DNA of 39,414 bases from Vicugna vicugna (GCA_013265495.1 PNXW01004304.1:1-39414); one strand, 5' to 3'. Positions 1-12,960 are shown, counted from the stretch's first letter. Numbers and translations: made by a program. Notes: generated from the letters alone by a model not told the origin.

Positions 1-380
1 TAGTCCTGAGGCCAGCCTGGAGCCTCTGCTGTCCTGAGATGCTTCCCTGGGCCTAGGGGGTTCGCAGCAGAGCCTGGGCACTCGGCCCACGAGAGTCAGT
101 GCTGAGGTTCTGTTAACGCAGGGCTGGGCTGGAGAGGCGCAAAGCCCCGGGGCGCCGGCTCAGTCCCGATGCCCCTGAGACATCAGGCCAGAGTCTGCAG
201 GGTGGGAAGCAGCACGTACCGCTTCATCACAGATGCCTGGTGACTGGAGAACCAGAGATGCCGGAGTGTCTGAAAACAGACCCGAGTCCGAGGAGTTAAG
301 AGCAGGCCTCTATCCACCTTACCGCCCGTCGCCATGGAACACAGAAAGCCAAAATGCCAGCAGCAAAAGGCATAAAACAG

Positions 381-686
381 AGGGTGAAATAGGCCAGACA
401 CAAAAGGACAAATACTGCGTGATTCCGCTCGTCCCCGGAGTCCACAGATCCAGAGACAGAAAGTAGGATGGAGGTGGCCACGGGCTGGGGGCGGGGGCAG
501 CACTCAGTGTTTAACAGGGACAGTGTCAGTTTGAGAGGATGAGACGTTCTGGAGGTGACGGTGGTGACGGCGGTGGCGGCTGCACAGCAGTGTGAATGTA
601 CTTAATGCTGCTGTTCTTTGCACTTGGAAATGGTTAGAATGCTATCTTTTTGTTAGATATATTTTACCACATTAAAGAAAAAAAAA
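381..686 (+). mobile_element. Old LINE-1 3' end (L1MB-like) with remnant A-tail
   Basis: GTGAAATAGGCCAGACACAAAAGGACAAATACTG...GAGACAGAAAGTAG...GTGTGAATGTACTTAATG...ATATATTTTACCACA then an A-rich tail (674-686); matches the recalled L1MB3/4-type 3'UTR. Confidence 0.85.
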
Positions 687-1362
687 GAGTATCTCCCTCT
701 AAAACACCCCCCAACATTGTGCGTCTGTATGCCAGTAACTTGTTTAAAATATGTAAAAATAGTTCCCTGCTTCATTCGAGGTTTACTGAGCAGGGTCACC
801 TGCGGAGAGGCTGTCCTGATTATGCAAGCTTTAACTCAGGACGTGGGTCATTCCAGTTAAAACGAGGGGAAAACATAAAACAGGGCCCACGGAGCTGGAG
901 ACCAAGGCGGATCCAGCACTGCCCCGCACAGCATCTTCCTGGACGGCGGACCCTCAGAACGGACAAAGCCGCTGAACACCGTGCCCTCGCCTCTGCAGAA
1001 AGCGCCCTGTGTCACAGAGGTGCCCTCTGGGGGTGGGGGGCTCCTCTTTCTCACACTTCCTAAATTTCCTCAAACCAAAGTTGTCATGAAAAGCCACAAG
1101 AACCAGAAAACATGTGAAGGCAGGCCTGCTGGCTGCCAGGAGGAACCAGACCTGAAACGGGGGCCTGTCCTCTCAGGCTCCGCCTCAAACCGCCCCCCTC
1201 CCCCGTAGATCGCTGGCCCTAGGGGTCTCAGCGGGTGACAGGCCTGGGTGGCTCAGTGCGCAGGCAGCCAGGGTGGGCCCCAGGGTCCCGGCAGACAGGG
1301 GCCTGGGCTGTGAGCCCCTGTGGGTACCCCCACCCCTGCCCTGGGCCTTCCCAGCAGCACAG

Positions 1363-1862
1363 TGTTAACCGTGCCTTTTATTTTCTGTGTTCTGATGCTT
1401 TGTCCCTTGGGTCCTTGCTGAGCCTGGAGGGACTGTTCCCACCCCCAGCCCCAGGCCAGCCAATTCCCTAGCCCCAGGAGAGAGCAAACAGCTCCCCAGT
1501 TTGCACATTTCACACAAACCAGCCATTTCAGAGCCCACCCCAAGCCCCACCACGGGGCTCCCACACCCCGGCCACTGCCCACCTGCCCTAGTCACCCAGG
1601 GCCAGGTACTAGACAACGAGGGACAGTCCCAGTACCCCAGAGCCATGAAGTTACTCCAGCCAGCAGGTCCTGAGCCTGCTCCCCCATCACTCTGTTCCTT
1701 CCCTCAGAAACCACAATAAAGGCTCCTGCCCACGATCCCCTCTCCCTCTGTGTGCCAACCGACCCACTTGAGATCTGCGAATAATTATCCTCTCAAACAC
1801 TCATCTCCTGATCCTGGCTTTGCGATACCTGAACAACAATAGTAAGACCTGCATTTAAAGCA
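1363..1862 (+). mobile_element. Solo ERVL LTR, MER74-like (500 bp)
   Basis: TG...CA termini; MER74-like blocks TTTTATTTTCTGTGTTCTGATGCTTTG, CAGGGCCAGGTACTAGACAAC, GAAACCACAATAAAGGCTC (AATAAA 1715-1720), ATACCTGAACAACAAT; 5-bp flanks CACAG / CGCGG fit a decayed TSD. Confidence 0.8.
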
Positions 1863-3633
1863 CGCGGCCCAGGGCGACTTCACGGGGAGGTGGAGGGGTT
1901 ATGAGACACCACCAGCCGGTGTGGGGCAGGCAGGGGCCCAGGGGCCCATCCCCCTGGACCAGCTCTTCCCTGTCAGGTGGGGCCTGGGTGCAGAAGGTGG
2001 AAGCCTCCCAGGGACCACCAGCTCCTCAGGGTGGCACAGACACCAGGGGGCGTGGAGGTGCTGGAGGCCCGAGCTCTGCCAGGCAGGGGTGTCCAGGCAC
2101 CCCTCCCCGGGCCGGAGGGCAGTCACCCTGGGAGGACCCAGCTGCCCTGTCAGGCAAGGACGGTGTCTCTGAGGCCAGGGCCGCTGAGGGCTAAGTAGAG
2201 TGATTACCAGTGAGGCTCTGCAGCCGGGATTTCCCTTGGGGCCTCCCCATCCTGGGCTCGACAGGCAGGAGAACCTGTCTCCTCCACCGTGGCAGACGGG
2301 ATGGAGGGACAGCGGCAGAGCAGGCAGGAATCGACTGGAAAGTCAGTCATCAGAGAAGCCATGGGGCTGTTGGGGGCTCAGCCCTGGGCACTCAGGGCCG
2401 GGGGACCTGGGGGCCGAGAGCTGGGGAGTGAGGTGGGCACAGAGCAGTGCTGGGCAGAGGTGGGTCCCATGTCTTCAGGCAGAGTGGGCAGGAGCAGGTA
2501 TGTATGTGCCCCCCGCCCAGGCTGCTGGGTGGGAGCACGTGTTTGACAGCAAGGAACTGTGCACCCAGCCGGCCCGAAGGCCCAGTGGGTTGAGAAAGGA
2601 TGTGGGGGACCCCCAGGGCCCAGGCCAGAGGTGGGGCAGGGCTGGGCCAGAGCTGAGACAGAAGGGAGGCCAGGGCGTGAGTAAGCAGGATAAGCCAGAG
2701 GACAACTGCCTTCTACAGGTGCATCCTGGGAAACTCTCAGAGCCACAGTCTTGGTGGCCAATCCCTGTGAAGGGTCTCTGGCAGAGGAAAAGGGCTCCTG
2801 CAGCACAGCCAGCACAGACAAGGGAGGCCGGCCAGGAGGACAGGCTGTCAGGTGGTCCTCTGGGGGATAGGGTGTGTCCTCGGCCCTGGTGGGCACCAGC
2901 GAGGCCCCCCTGACCAGCCTTGTCACCTACAGGATGACTGGGTGGACAAGCAGCGGGGCCCGGAGTCACTGAGCTGCTTCGGAGGGGCAGTGGGTGTCTG
3001 GATGTCACAGGTGGAAGGACCTCCCAACATCCCTGGACCTCAGATGGGATTCGAATCCCCAGCTTGGGTTCTAAATCCTGGCTCCATGGGCTCCCTGCCT
3101 CTGCAGAGGCTTGCTCTTGGGCACAGGGAGGGCACAAGCCCCAACTTGCCACTAGGCCTGACATCCCCAGGCACCATTGGCTAAGGTTCCCACCTGGCCT
3201 TCCTGCCACCAGCCCCACCCCCGTGTGTGTGTGCCTGTACTGTGTGTACACATACAGATATGTGAACGTGTGTTTGGTGGCTGCTCTGAGGGCCAGCCCC
3301 CATGTATCCCGTATTCAGAGCATCGTGGGAGCCGATCCCCATATGGAACTAGTTAGGGATGCGGGAGGACGGCGTCCAGGCCGGGCCTTCTCAAGGCACC
3401 AGGCCAGGCCCTGGGAAGCACTGAAGCTACAGACTCGGTCACTCGGGGAAGGACACTCACATCCTGTGTGTGAGAGAGACCCCGCCTTGAAGGACACAGC
3501 CCCGCCCAACAGCACAGCAGGTCCCAGACCCCCAGTGGGCTTCTTGCCTGCCGAGAACAGTGACACAGGACAGGCAGAGGCTAGAGGCCTGGAGAGGGTA
3601 GGGGGCCCGGCCTCCTCCTCACACAGAGATTAC

Positions 3634-3735
3634 AACCCATTTAATGAAGGGACACTGAGGCACAGGGGTGCAGCATGGCGACAGATGGCACAGCCATTCC
3701 GGGGAGGTGGGATTCGCACCCGCTACCCCCAGAGT
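3634..3735 (-). mobile_element. MIR SINE fragment
   Basis: CCCATTTAATGAAGGGACACTGAGGCACAG...GGGATTCGCACCC resembles the reverse-complement MIR core (CCCATTTTACAGATGAGGAAACTGAGGCACAG...GGGATTCGAACCC). Confidence 0.6.
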
Positions 3736-3899
3736 TGATTCCACCCTGTCGTGGATATTTAGGGGCCCGATTGCCCCGAGACCCTCCCTGCCCACCAGTG
3801 CCACCGGTCACGCTGCCACCCCAGGCTGGAGCCAGCTCCCTGAGTGACAGCAATTAGGGCTGCGGCTGGCAGAGCAGCCCGCTCCTCCAAAGCACCTGA

Positions 3900-4550
3900 C
3901 GTGGCAGCAGCTCCCCGGGGGCCGCCGCGCTCCGGCTGTGGCTGAGGCACTTGGAATCCGCTGCTTTCTGCTGTAAAAATGGAAACATCCCCTGCGTGAG
4001 ACACAAGCTGGTGAGGAGAGCACCGCGGCGGAATATCACACCCGCGGAGGGCGGGCGGTGGCCAGGGGCGCGCCAGGCAAGAAGGCTGCCCGAGGGAGCC
4101 AAGAGCCTGGGCGTGCAGGGGCGAGGCGCGGCCCCCCAGCCGGATGGGCCCCCCCAGGAGCATGGGGGGCCCTCCCTGCCTCAAGCGGCCGCTTTCCAAA
4201 ACGCCAACGGAGCCAGCCGCCTGCCCGAAGCTGCTGGAATAGCTGTGAGGGAGGTGGGCGTGCGGGCGAGGGTAGGGGGCGTCCAAACTGGAAAGAGAGC
4301 TCCCTTCTTCCCACCAGCGCCCAGAAGCATGATGGCTGGGCATCTGCGGTCCTGCTGCCTGGTGGGGAGTGGGGTCACTGATGGTGTCCAGGCCATGGGG
4401 CGGGGCCATGAGCTGTCCCGCCGGGGCTGCGGAAGCAAGTGCGCAAGCCAAGCGCACACAGGACCTCAGCCCGCGGCCCCCAGACCCAGTCAGACATGCG
4501 TGGGGCCCTGATCTACTCCCTGGCAGCACAGCCCCGGGGGTCGGACTCGC
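3900..4550. promoter_or_regulatory. CpG-dense patch (small orphan CpG-island-like element)
   Basis: Visibly more CpG than its flanks (GCCGCCGCGC, CCGCGGCGG, GGGCGGGCGG, GGCGCGCC); no associated exon found. Confidence 0.4.
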
Positions 4551-4870
4551 CACTTTCCTGGCCAGGACCCTCCTTCCCAGCCCCCGGCACTGCTCAGCCG
4601 CAGGCTCTGCACCTTGGAACTGAGATCTTCCCACCGACTGAACTAGTGCCTGCAAACATCCGCTGGCTCTCAGAGCTGTTTTGTGTGTGTGAAAAGCCCC
4701 TGCCAACGGGCTGCTTCTCCCCCCAAACGCACAGTGAGCTCAGCACGGTGCCCATTTGCTCTAAAGACAGTGGACACTGGCTGGAGGAGGCCAAGATCCC
4801 CAGGACAGGCCCTGGGCTGTGTCCCCTGTGGGCCCAGTGTGGAGTGGAGCTGGCATTTCCCCATCAGGGC

Positions 4871-4921
4871 GCACACACGCACACGGACTCACTCTCTCTC
4901 ACAATTCACACACACACACAC
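4871..4921. repeat. Compound (CA)n/(CT)n microsatellite
   Basis: GCACACACGCACACGGACTCACTCTCTCTCACAATTCACACACACACACAC seen directly. Confidence 0.85.
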
Positions 4922-6429
4922 GAGTACAGTTTCTTGGATGACTCAGAAGGCCATGGCCCCACAGTGTTGGGGGACAGCCTGGGGTCTCAGGCTATCCCCA
5001 CTGTCTGATCATCACAGAACACCCAGGCCTTCCTGGTCGTGAAGAGGGATGGGCATGGGGAGGGGGCCGGGTAGAGGCCACCATGCTGGTAGACCGTGGG
5101 GTCAGGGCTGGGGTTGGGTCCAACCCCTCTCCCCAACTGCCTCCTGTGGCTCAAACACCCAGAGCTCAGAGACCAGAGCCTCCAGGCACAAGGTCCGAGC
5201 CTGGCGGGAATCACATGTGACCTGGAGTCATGGGCACCCGACCTCTCGCCCATCCTAGGCGCTAGCTCAGGTGAGCAGTGGGCCATTCACCCTGGTGCCC
5301 TGTCCTAGGGAGCCAGGCCTCAGCTCTCCCAGCCTAAGCTGGGAGACCCTGCTTCTGTCCCAAGGGCCACCCCCGCCTGGGAGCTGATGGCCTGATTGAG
5401 AGCAGTGTTTAAGTGCCCAGGGAGAAAAATCAATTCTCCTCGTTCCACTGTAATCCATCAGTTCCATTTCTGATGAATTTCCTGGTGCCGGGGGTCATCA
5501 CGGAGTTATGGTGCCCAGCAGAGGCTGGCTGGCGTATCAGGGCTCTGAGGAGGCAGGGGCCGTGCTGGCCTCACCCCCCACCACCGTCCTCACACACACA
5601 GTATGGCCCAGGCTCACTGTCTGCCAGGGCCACTCCAGCCTCAGCTGGGGAGAGGTGGACTCGCACAGGTGGGCCCGAGACACATGCAGATACGCCTTCC
5701 GTTGCTCAGGTATTTCAGGGGCGAGGCTCAGGGAGGCCTCCAGAGCACAAGGACGGCCCCTCCTATGTCTGAGCAGGAACCGATTCCAGGCCGCCTGCAG
5801 ACCCAGTTCCGACTCCACCCTGCAGTGTTCCCAGCCCTGAGCCCCCACATACACGAGGGGTCCACGCATGGCCCAGCTGAGGCACTGTGCCCCCAGATCC
5901 TCCCCTTCTTGACCCTTCCCTGACCCTCTCCCCTCCACTCCAGGCCTGGACGCCACACAGAGTGTCCAGGTCCCAGACAAAACATCTGAATATCCAAGGG
6001 GCAGAGTCGAGCAGCCCCAGAGCAGAATAGCTGCTGTGACAGGGTAGGAGGGGCCTCAGGTACGTCTGTGTGCCCTGGAGCATTGGGGCCCATCTGCTGC
6101 AGGGAAGGGACCCTTGCAAGGGGTGGCTTTGTTCAGGTCCCCGTCCAGCCACCAGGCCCTATTGAGGAGACCCACAGGGGCCTGGACTCTGGGCAGCAAC
6201 CAGGCTTCCCTCGCTGTCCCCTGGGTCCAGGCAGAGCTCCGGGCCCCTCCCCAGCCTGGGTCCCCAGCCCGGCAGGCAAGGTAGACCCTTAACTGGCCTG
6301 AGCCCCCATTCCACCCTGGGCACATGCCATGGCTGTCAAGGGCAACCTAGGTGCAGAGGTCAGACCCCAGCTCCAGCCCCACGTGCTGGGGGCCTGGCCA
6401 GGCCTCAGCGCCCGCACCGTGACCAAGCG

Positions 6430-6565
6430 ACACTGTCACATTTGGGGGCCTGGATTAAATGGGTTGATTCAGCTGCCACGCTCGGCACCTCAGAGGAAAG
6501 AGCTGGCGCTGGAGGGCAGTGGATTAGACGGCGGTCAATATTTGTGGAATTGAATTGAATCCGTC
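6430..6565. promoter_or_regulatory. Candidate enhancer (MEIS, K50-homeodomain and forkhead motifs)
   Basis: CTGTCA 6433-6438, GGATTA 6452 and 6521, TCAATATTTG 6535-6544 in a locally AT-richer island with no repeat I recognise. Confidence 0.4.
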
Positions 6566-8384
6566 ACCTGGGGGTTGTGTGTGTTCTGGTTAGTTTTGTG
6601 GTTTCTGCCGCGGGCGGGTGGGTAACTCAGTGAGAAGGCCTTCGAAGGCCCCAGTCAGAGTTCCACTCACTGTCGTCCAGGTGCAGCCAGCTGTGCTGGG
6701 TGGGCTGAGGGTCCGAGGCCGGGGCTGAGCCATAGGCGGAGCGGGTCAGCTGGAGTCTCAGGTTGAGGAGGGGGTCGGCCCTGGCCCCCGTGGTACCAAG
6801 GTCCCACAGCACAGGCCCCACCCCAGCCCTGGCCCTGCTGGTCCTTCAGGAAACGTCCGTCAGACTAGGGCAGCACGGAGCACCACGCTGCCCATCACCC
6901 AGGGTGTGTGGATGGGGGACAGTGACACGAGGGGGTGGGTGCCCAGGGTAGAGGCCTGCTTGGCCTCTGCAGTGCCTCACAGCTGCCCACCAGGAGGCCC
7001 CGGGGCCACGAGGAGGGACAGGTGACGACCCACCCCACCCCCAACCCCGGGGATGGTCCACTGACCGGCACGGCACCTCCAGTCCCTGAACCCAAACTGG
7101 ATTAGCTGTGTTTGGAAAGCAGCAAAGCTGCTTATATTTGAGCAAGTTCTCGGCAGATAACTCGGGACCGAGAGGGTGCCCGGCTGTGAAGTGGAGGCTG
7201 ATGGGAGCCGGCACTAAAAGAAGTGTTAACTGAAAACAAATCAAGGAAGGGTTTGCTCCCGCTCAGCAGCCGGTTCAGCCCCAGGGACCACAGGAAGCCC
7301 CCAGGCCACGCATGGGGCCACGACGGCCCACAGGAAAGGGTGAGGTCCCTGTGTGGCTGTGACCCTCTACCTGTCTGGGACCCGCCCGTGGGAGGCGTGA
7401 TTTGTGTCATATTATCACATCCATTCCAGCAGCTGGTCCTGCCAGCCAGGTCCTGTCCTGGGGCCTGAACACAGGCCCAGGCCTGGAGGGGACACTGAGG
7501 CAGAGCCCGGGGGCAGCCTGGGGGGGCCTCCTTACCTCGCCCCCACAGCCCCCTGCCCTGAGCGCTACCATGCGACCCTCCCAACCCCAGGTCAGCCTGG
7601 CCAGGAGGGAGGATAGCAAACTTTCATTTAATAAAAACGCAAATAAAATCCCTCTAGTGTAAAGAGCCCGGCTAGCTTTGGGAGAGTGAAAAGTGAGCTA
7701 GAGATGGGAGGGAGGGCAGGCGGCTTTGAGGGCCTCCCCTCCCTGGAGGATGCCACCTTAGGCGCCAAACGTGTGGTCACTGACACCATCACTGTCACCA
7801 GGAAAGAAAGCGGCTCAGGGAGGGGCACATCCCGCCTCAGCATGGTCTGGGCTCTCACCCAGGGGCCTGCTGGCCCCGGCGGTGTCGCTCCTGCTCCCAG
7901 GCCCTGGCAGCCCAAGCCAGCCCCCCACCCCTACCAGGCTGTCTCCTTGGGAGTGCACAGCCCTCGAGCAGGAGAGTGGTCCCCAGGCTACAGGAGACGA
8001 GGGCCAGGATGAGACCGAGAAGAGAGCACATGGGGAGTAGGCGGGGTGAGGACAGGCGTGTTCAGGTGAGGGTGGGGCAGGGGACACTCCTCAGAGGGAG
8101 GTCAAGGATGCCGAGAGAGGGCTGCTGGGGGCCCACACTCTGAGCAGAGCCCAGGGCCAGGGCAGGGACCACATCCAACCCACGTCAGGGTAGCAGTAAT
8201 CCGGCTGACAGGGATGGACAGGCATGAGTGGGTAGGAGAGCTCAGCCCTGGGATCCTCTGAGCTCTGCTCTTGGGAACCCTTGGGTCCTGAGTCGGGGTC
8301 CCTCAGCCCTCTGTCTGGTTTTGAGCTTTCTGCAGTCAGCACTCGGCATCCCCTCCCCTCACACCCAGCTGAGGTTGCCTCGCT

Positions 8385-8615
8385 GATTTCGTAGAGCCGG
8401 GGCCATCAATTATTTAGCTCCTGCCTCTCAGCCTTCTCTCTGCTAGTACCTCGTAAAGTCGGGGAAGATAAATCTCCTCTTGGCTTGGTTCTGCTGGCAG
8501 ACAGGGAGCAGGCGGGCACCGGAGACGGCAGCCCTGCCTGGGCCCCGGAGCCAGCACGGAGCACCCTGGGCAGCCCGCGGGGCCCTCTGCTGTTAAACTT
8601 GTAAATCAGCAGCTG
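8385..8615. promoter_or_regulatory. Candidate enhancer with posterior-HOX motif
   Basis: CCATCAATTATTTAG, CTCGTAAA (8450-8457), AGATAA and TGTTAAACTTGTAAATC clustered. Confidence 0.4.
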
Positions 8616-10659
8616 GTTGTGTCCTGGGGCCACGACGAGAGGTCTGCCCCCATCATAACAGCCGCTGGTGAGGCCCCCGCCCACGCAGGCTGACTTTGGA
8701 CCTGCCCAGGGCTCAGGAGCTGTGCTTCAGTCTGTGCCTGGTGGAATGTTCCGGATGAGCCCTGGAGCCCAGCCCACAGGGGAGGACCATGGCTTCTTCA
8801 GGGTCAAGCAGCCGGGAAGCGCAGGTGCAGGACCTGTGCAGGCGAACAAGCAGGGGAACTCCGTCACACCCAGCGCAGGGGGTGGAAGAGGCTGGCCTAG
8901 CCGTGCCTTTGGGAAGCAGAGCCATGCACCCCAACTCCACCCTGTTAGCTCTGGAGCCTGGGATGCAGCCAGGCAAGGGCCAGCACCTGCCCAGGGCGCC
9001 CCAGCCGGCCGGAGGTGGGGACACACACAACCCCCGGAACTCCAGCCCAGCCTGTATCCCAGTGAAGACAGGCGGACAGTGATGTCCTGGAGGTTCCAGT
9101 CAGTCCCACCGTCTGCGTGGCTGGGAGAAAGTTTGTTGGCTGAGTCTACCACCTTGACGTGGCCCGGGCGGGATGTGGGATGTGGGCAAAGGGGGCAGTC
9201 CTGAGGCAGCTGATGAAGTGGCCAGGGAGGGGCAGGGCCCACCCTCAGAGCCCCACCGTGCGGACCCTCTACCCAGCAGTCTACTGTTAAACCCCTTAGG
9301 GCAAGGCAAGACAAGGGCTCCAAGAGCCCTGGTGATTCCAGGCCAGTGGACAAAATGCTCGCAGAGCAGAGGAGCCTGGGCCAATCCGGCCCCTTCAGTG
9401 GGAGCTGGGGCTGCTAGAGGCACTGCCCAACTGCGCCTCCTCGCCCCTCCTCCTCCCCACTCCCCGTCCCCACCGACCTCCACAGGGCAGTGGCTGAGGC
9501 CCTGGTGACAGAGGCCAGAAGGGTCACCCAGTCCTCACAATTAGCAGTACTAAGAGATAGGCGCCCGCGTGGGCTACAGGTCGAGAGCTAATGGAGGCTG
9601 ATGATGAACTCGGCAAGGCTGGGGCCCACCCTCCTCTCTGACCATTGACCTGAATGTGGCTCTAGCTCTGCCCCGGAGCTAATGGGGCTGCCTCTCAGCG
9701 GTTGGGGAGAGGCCGGCCCCAGCTCCAGATAGCCGCCAGCCTGCTCACTGACTCCCGCTCAGGGCACCGCTCCTGGCAGGGCCGTCTCGCACCCCTGGTG
9801 TGGGGTTCTGTGTCACAGCAGATCAGACTCAAGACAACCTCACACTCTCCTCCCAGCGCTGCTTCCTGGCCACCAGTCACTCCAGAGGGTCACCCCCCCA
9901 CCCTTCGGCCCAGGCAGCCACCAGGACCATGTCCAGCTTTGGGTACTGACCAGTTGATACTGACCACTTCTGCCACAGCTTCAGGGCCCTTGCCATCCAG
10001 CAGACCTGTCTCCTCCCTCCCTCTGGACCCTGACTTCTGTTAATGTGGCCAGTGGTGGTATATGAGCCAGCGTCCAATCACACTGGGGACTCATGGGACT
10101 TTGTAGCGAGATTCTGAGTCTCCTTCTTCTCTGTGACCAGCCCAGCCAGTCTCTCCACCTGACCCTAAATTGTCGGGTTTTGTGGGCCAGGACTGGCCAG
10201 CCCACCATGGTCAGGCCCCTTCTTGTCCCAGCCGTGTGGAAGCCTGGCCTCATGCACCCTGCACCACGCCTGGCTTGATAACACCTCTGCAGCATCTTCA
10301 AAAGCCTCCCTCATGGGCCCTGGGACAGAGCTCCCTCCCTGGGTCCTATCTGCATCTGAGCTCAGTCCTTGGAGGGGCCACAGCAGCTGCCTCAGCCCTT
10401 TCACTGTGAGCTCCTTGGGGCTGCGTCCTGAGGTGGGAGCGTCACATCTGTGCTGACAGGGCCCGTGGTGCCTCTTCCACCAGGAACCAGGAAGGAGAGG
10501 GTGGGGCCCATCTGGCTTCTGCAGCTCGTGGGTCAGAGCCTGGGAAGTCAGAGCCTATAACAAAGGGTCCCCCAGAGTCCCTGCTGGGAGGAAATAACTT
10601 CTGGAACATTCCGGGAGTGCTTCCTGTACACCATGTGGAAACGTGTTTCCTTAGTGACT

Positions 10660-10740
10660 CATCCTCCCATTTTGCAGGTGCAGAAACCAAGGCTTGGCTG
10701 GCACCTCCCATGAGCAGCAGAGCTGGTACTCCAACCAGGA
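10660..10740 (-). mobile_element. MIR fragment
   Basis: ATCCTCCCATTTTGCAGGTGCAGAAACCAAGGCT resembles the MIR core. Confidence 0.5.
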
Positions 10741-11304
10741 TGGTCACCCAGCTGTGCCTCCACCAGGTGCGAACAAAGGCAGGGCCTTGTCTCCAGGAGC
10801 CCTCAGGTCTTCAGGAAGCAGAGGGATCCCCCCAGCCCTGCCACCGCTACCCAGAAGTACCACCCCTCCTGCTTTAGCCACACCTCTCCCCTCCGTCCAG
10901 GCCCCAGGAGCAAGGCCAGTGGGGCTGCCGGCAGAGGAGGGAGTTCCATCTTCAGTGGCTCCCTGTCCAGCCGCCGGCTCTGCCCACCTCTCCCTCCTGC
11001 TGCCCTCCCCCCACTCCAGGTGTCCCAAATGCCTCCGCAGAGCAGCCCCTCCGCTCCCTGCCCGAGTCCTGCCCACCCCATGGCAGTCTGGCTCTGAGAG
11101 CTGGCTGGCGTCCCCCGCTCGCTCTGCGCCCTCCTCAGCCCCTCAGCTCCAACCGCTCGTCCCCAGTCCTGACACCACAGCTGCCCTCTGTCTGTCCCCT
11201 CAGCAGCTGCACTCAGGCTATTGAGGGAGGGACCTCAGAGTCCTGGAGATGACAGCAAGGGGCTGGAGACGTAGGCACTGGAGCCACTGAGAGGAGCTGG
11301 AGCA

Positions 11305-11500
11305 GCAGGCAAATATTGACCGAGTGCCACGTGGGAAAGAACTTTCTAAGAACAAAGGCAGCGACATGCGAATCTAAACTCTCAGGTGGCTCAGACTGAA
11401 CGTACAGTTAAAAGGTAAACAATGAATCGGGCAGTTTTGACACTAAAGTGACAGAAAGTTAATAGCATTGTCATAGCAGGAGCCTATCTGAAGCCGAAAC
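11305..11500. promoter_or_regulatory. Candidate enhancer (FOX/SOX/MEIS/E-box motifs)
   Basis: CAAATATTGAC, CACGTG, AACAAAG, GTAAACAATG (overlapping FOX and SOX), TGACAG and CATTGTCA in an AT-rich island. Confidence 0.45.
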
Positions 11501-12139
11501 ACCAAAACAGGTGCAAACTCAGAGGAAGGAGGGCCCTGGAGCCAGGGGAACGCCAGCCTCCCCGCCCTCCCCAGACAGCAGCCCCACCGCCGCCCTCCAG
11601 CAGCACAGAAGTCCCTTGTCCGTGGGCGGCGGGCTGGAGGCAGGCTTGGTGGGCTGGGGTCTCAGCGACCCGAGTCGCCAGAGTGGAACCTTCAGCCCAG
11701 CGGGCCCCGTCCGGAATCCGTGCTGGTGGAGCCTGAACCAGTGCGGCAGGCCCGCCGTGTGGACCCGCTGTGGCCACAGCGTTCCTTGTAGCGGCAGGGA
11801 AGTTGGAAACAGCTGCAGCAGCCAACAACGCAAAGTGAAAAATGCAGAACGGCCCAGCACAGAGTCACACGTGACCTTGGAAGAAAGAGTGTGCGCACAG
11901 AGCAAGGCTGGGAGGAAATAAATAAACCACCACGAACCACTGGGCTCGCCGTCATTTAGAATAAATACAGGAAGCTTACAGATGTGCAAGAGGGCTCGGA
12001 TGCCCTGGCCGAGGACAAGGTGATCACGCCAGCATCTTCTGCATAGCTGTGTAGGTCGCCAAGTCTTCCCCAGGCTTGGGTCAGCTCTGAGGACCAGGAG
12101 GGCAGCCCTGTCCCTGGATGAGGGGCAGCTCTTGGGGTG

Positions 12140-12365
12140 GGGGAGGATGAGTGAACAGATGGCAGGTGGCTGGAGGGTGAATAGATGGGTGAAAAGACAG
12201 ACAAATAAGTGCGCAGATAGGTTGGTGGGTCACAGGTGGGTAGACGGATAAGCAAGCCGGTGGAGGAGTGAAGAGATGGATAGGTGACCAGAAGGTGTGT
12301 GGACGGATGGTTGGGTGGGTGAATGGGTGGGTGAGCAAGTGGATAGCTGAAGGGATAGGTGAGGG
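12140..12365. repeat. Degenerate (GGAT/GGTG)n purine-rich low-complexity tract
   Basis: Repeated GGATGG, GGGTGG, GATAGG and GAATGG words. Confidence 0.7.
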
Positions 12366-12599
12366 CTCTATGTAGAAGACGTAGTCACTGACCCTCTCCT
12401 GGCCTGTGCCTTTGCCCCTCCCTCCCAGGACCTCTGCTGGGCCCACGTCTCCCTGGCCACTACCACAGCACCCGGGACCAGCCCCTCTCCGGGGGCTGCA
12501 GGCCAACCCTCTGCCGGGAGCCCTGGCCCCTGGTGCTGCCCCTCCCCTGCGCCCACCCTCTGGGCTGTTCACTGAGCAGAAGGACAGGCCCAGCACAGC

Positions 12600-12960
12600 C
12601 ACCGTAAATCTTGCCCCCTTCCTGCAGCCAATCAATCACCAATGAACTCCAAAGCCCCTGGATGTCTCAGTGGCTCAGCCTGGTGGCAGCCTCCTGGCCG
12701 TGGGCGCCGCAGCCCCCGCCAGCTCTGGACGCCGTTGGCTCCATATATTGAACTTGAAGCATCGGATTACATGTTTGTTCAATAGCAATAAACTCCCAAA
12801 GTTTTATGGGGTCGTAAAACCGCTGCCTTGGCTCCCACTTAGGTGGTGCGCTGCATAATGTACGCAGGCTGGCTTCCCTGCTAATGGGCAGCGGGGTGAT
12901 TGGGGGCTATTAGCTGGAAACATCACATCTGCACCTCCCAGATTCTCATAAATAAAGCCG
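12600..12960. promoter_or_regulatory. Candidate HOX/PBX enhancer
   Basis: ATCAATCA (PBX, 12631-12638), GCAATAAA 12785-12792, TTTTATGG 12802-12809, GTCGTAAAA 12811-12819, CTAATGG and CATAAATAAA. Confidence 0.55.

Noticed and set aside
7630..7647. Tandem AATAAA as a gene 3' end
   Set aside because: No upstream terminal exon or clear GU-rich downstream element; equally explained as homeodomain/forkhead motifs.
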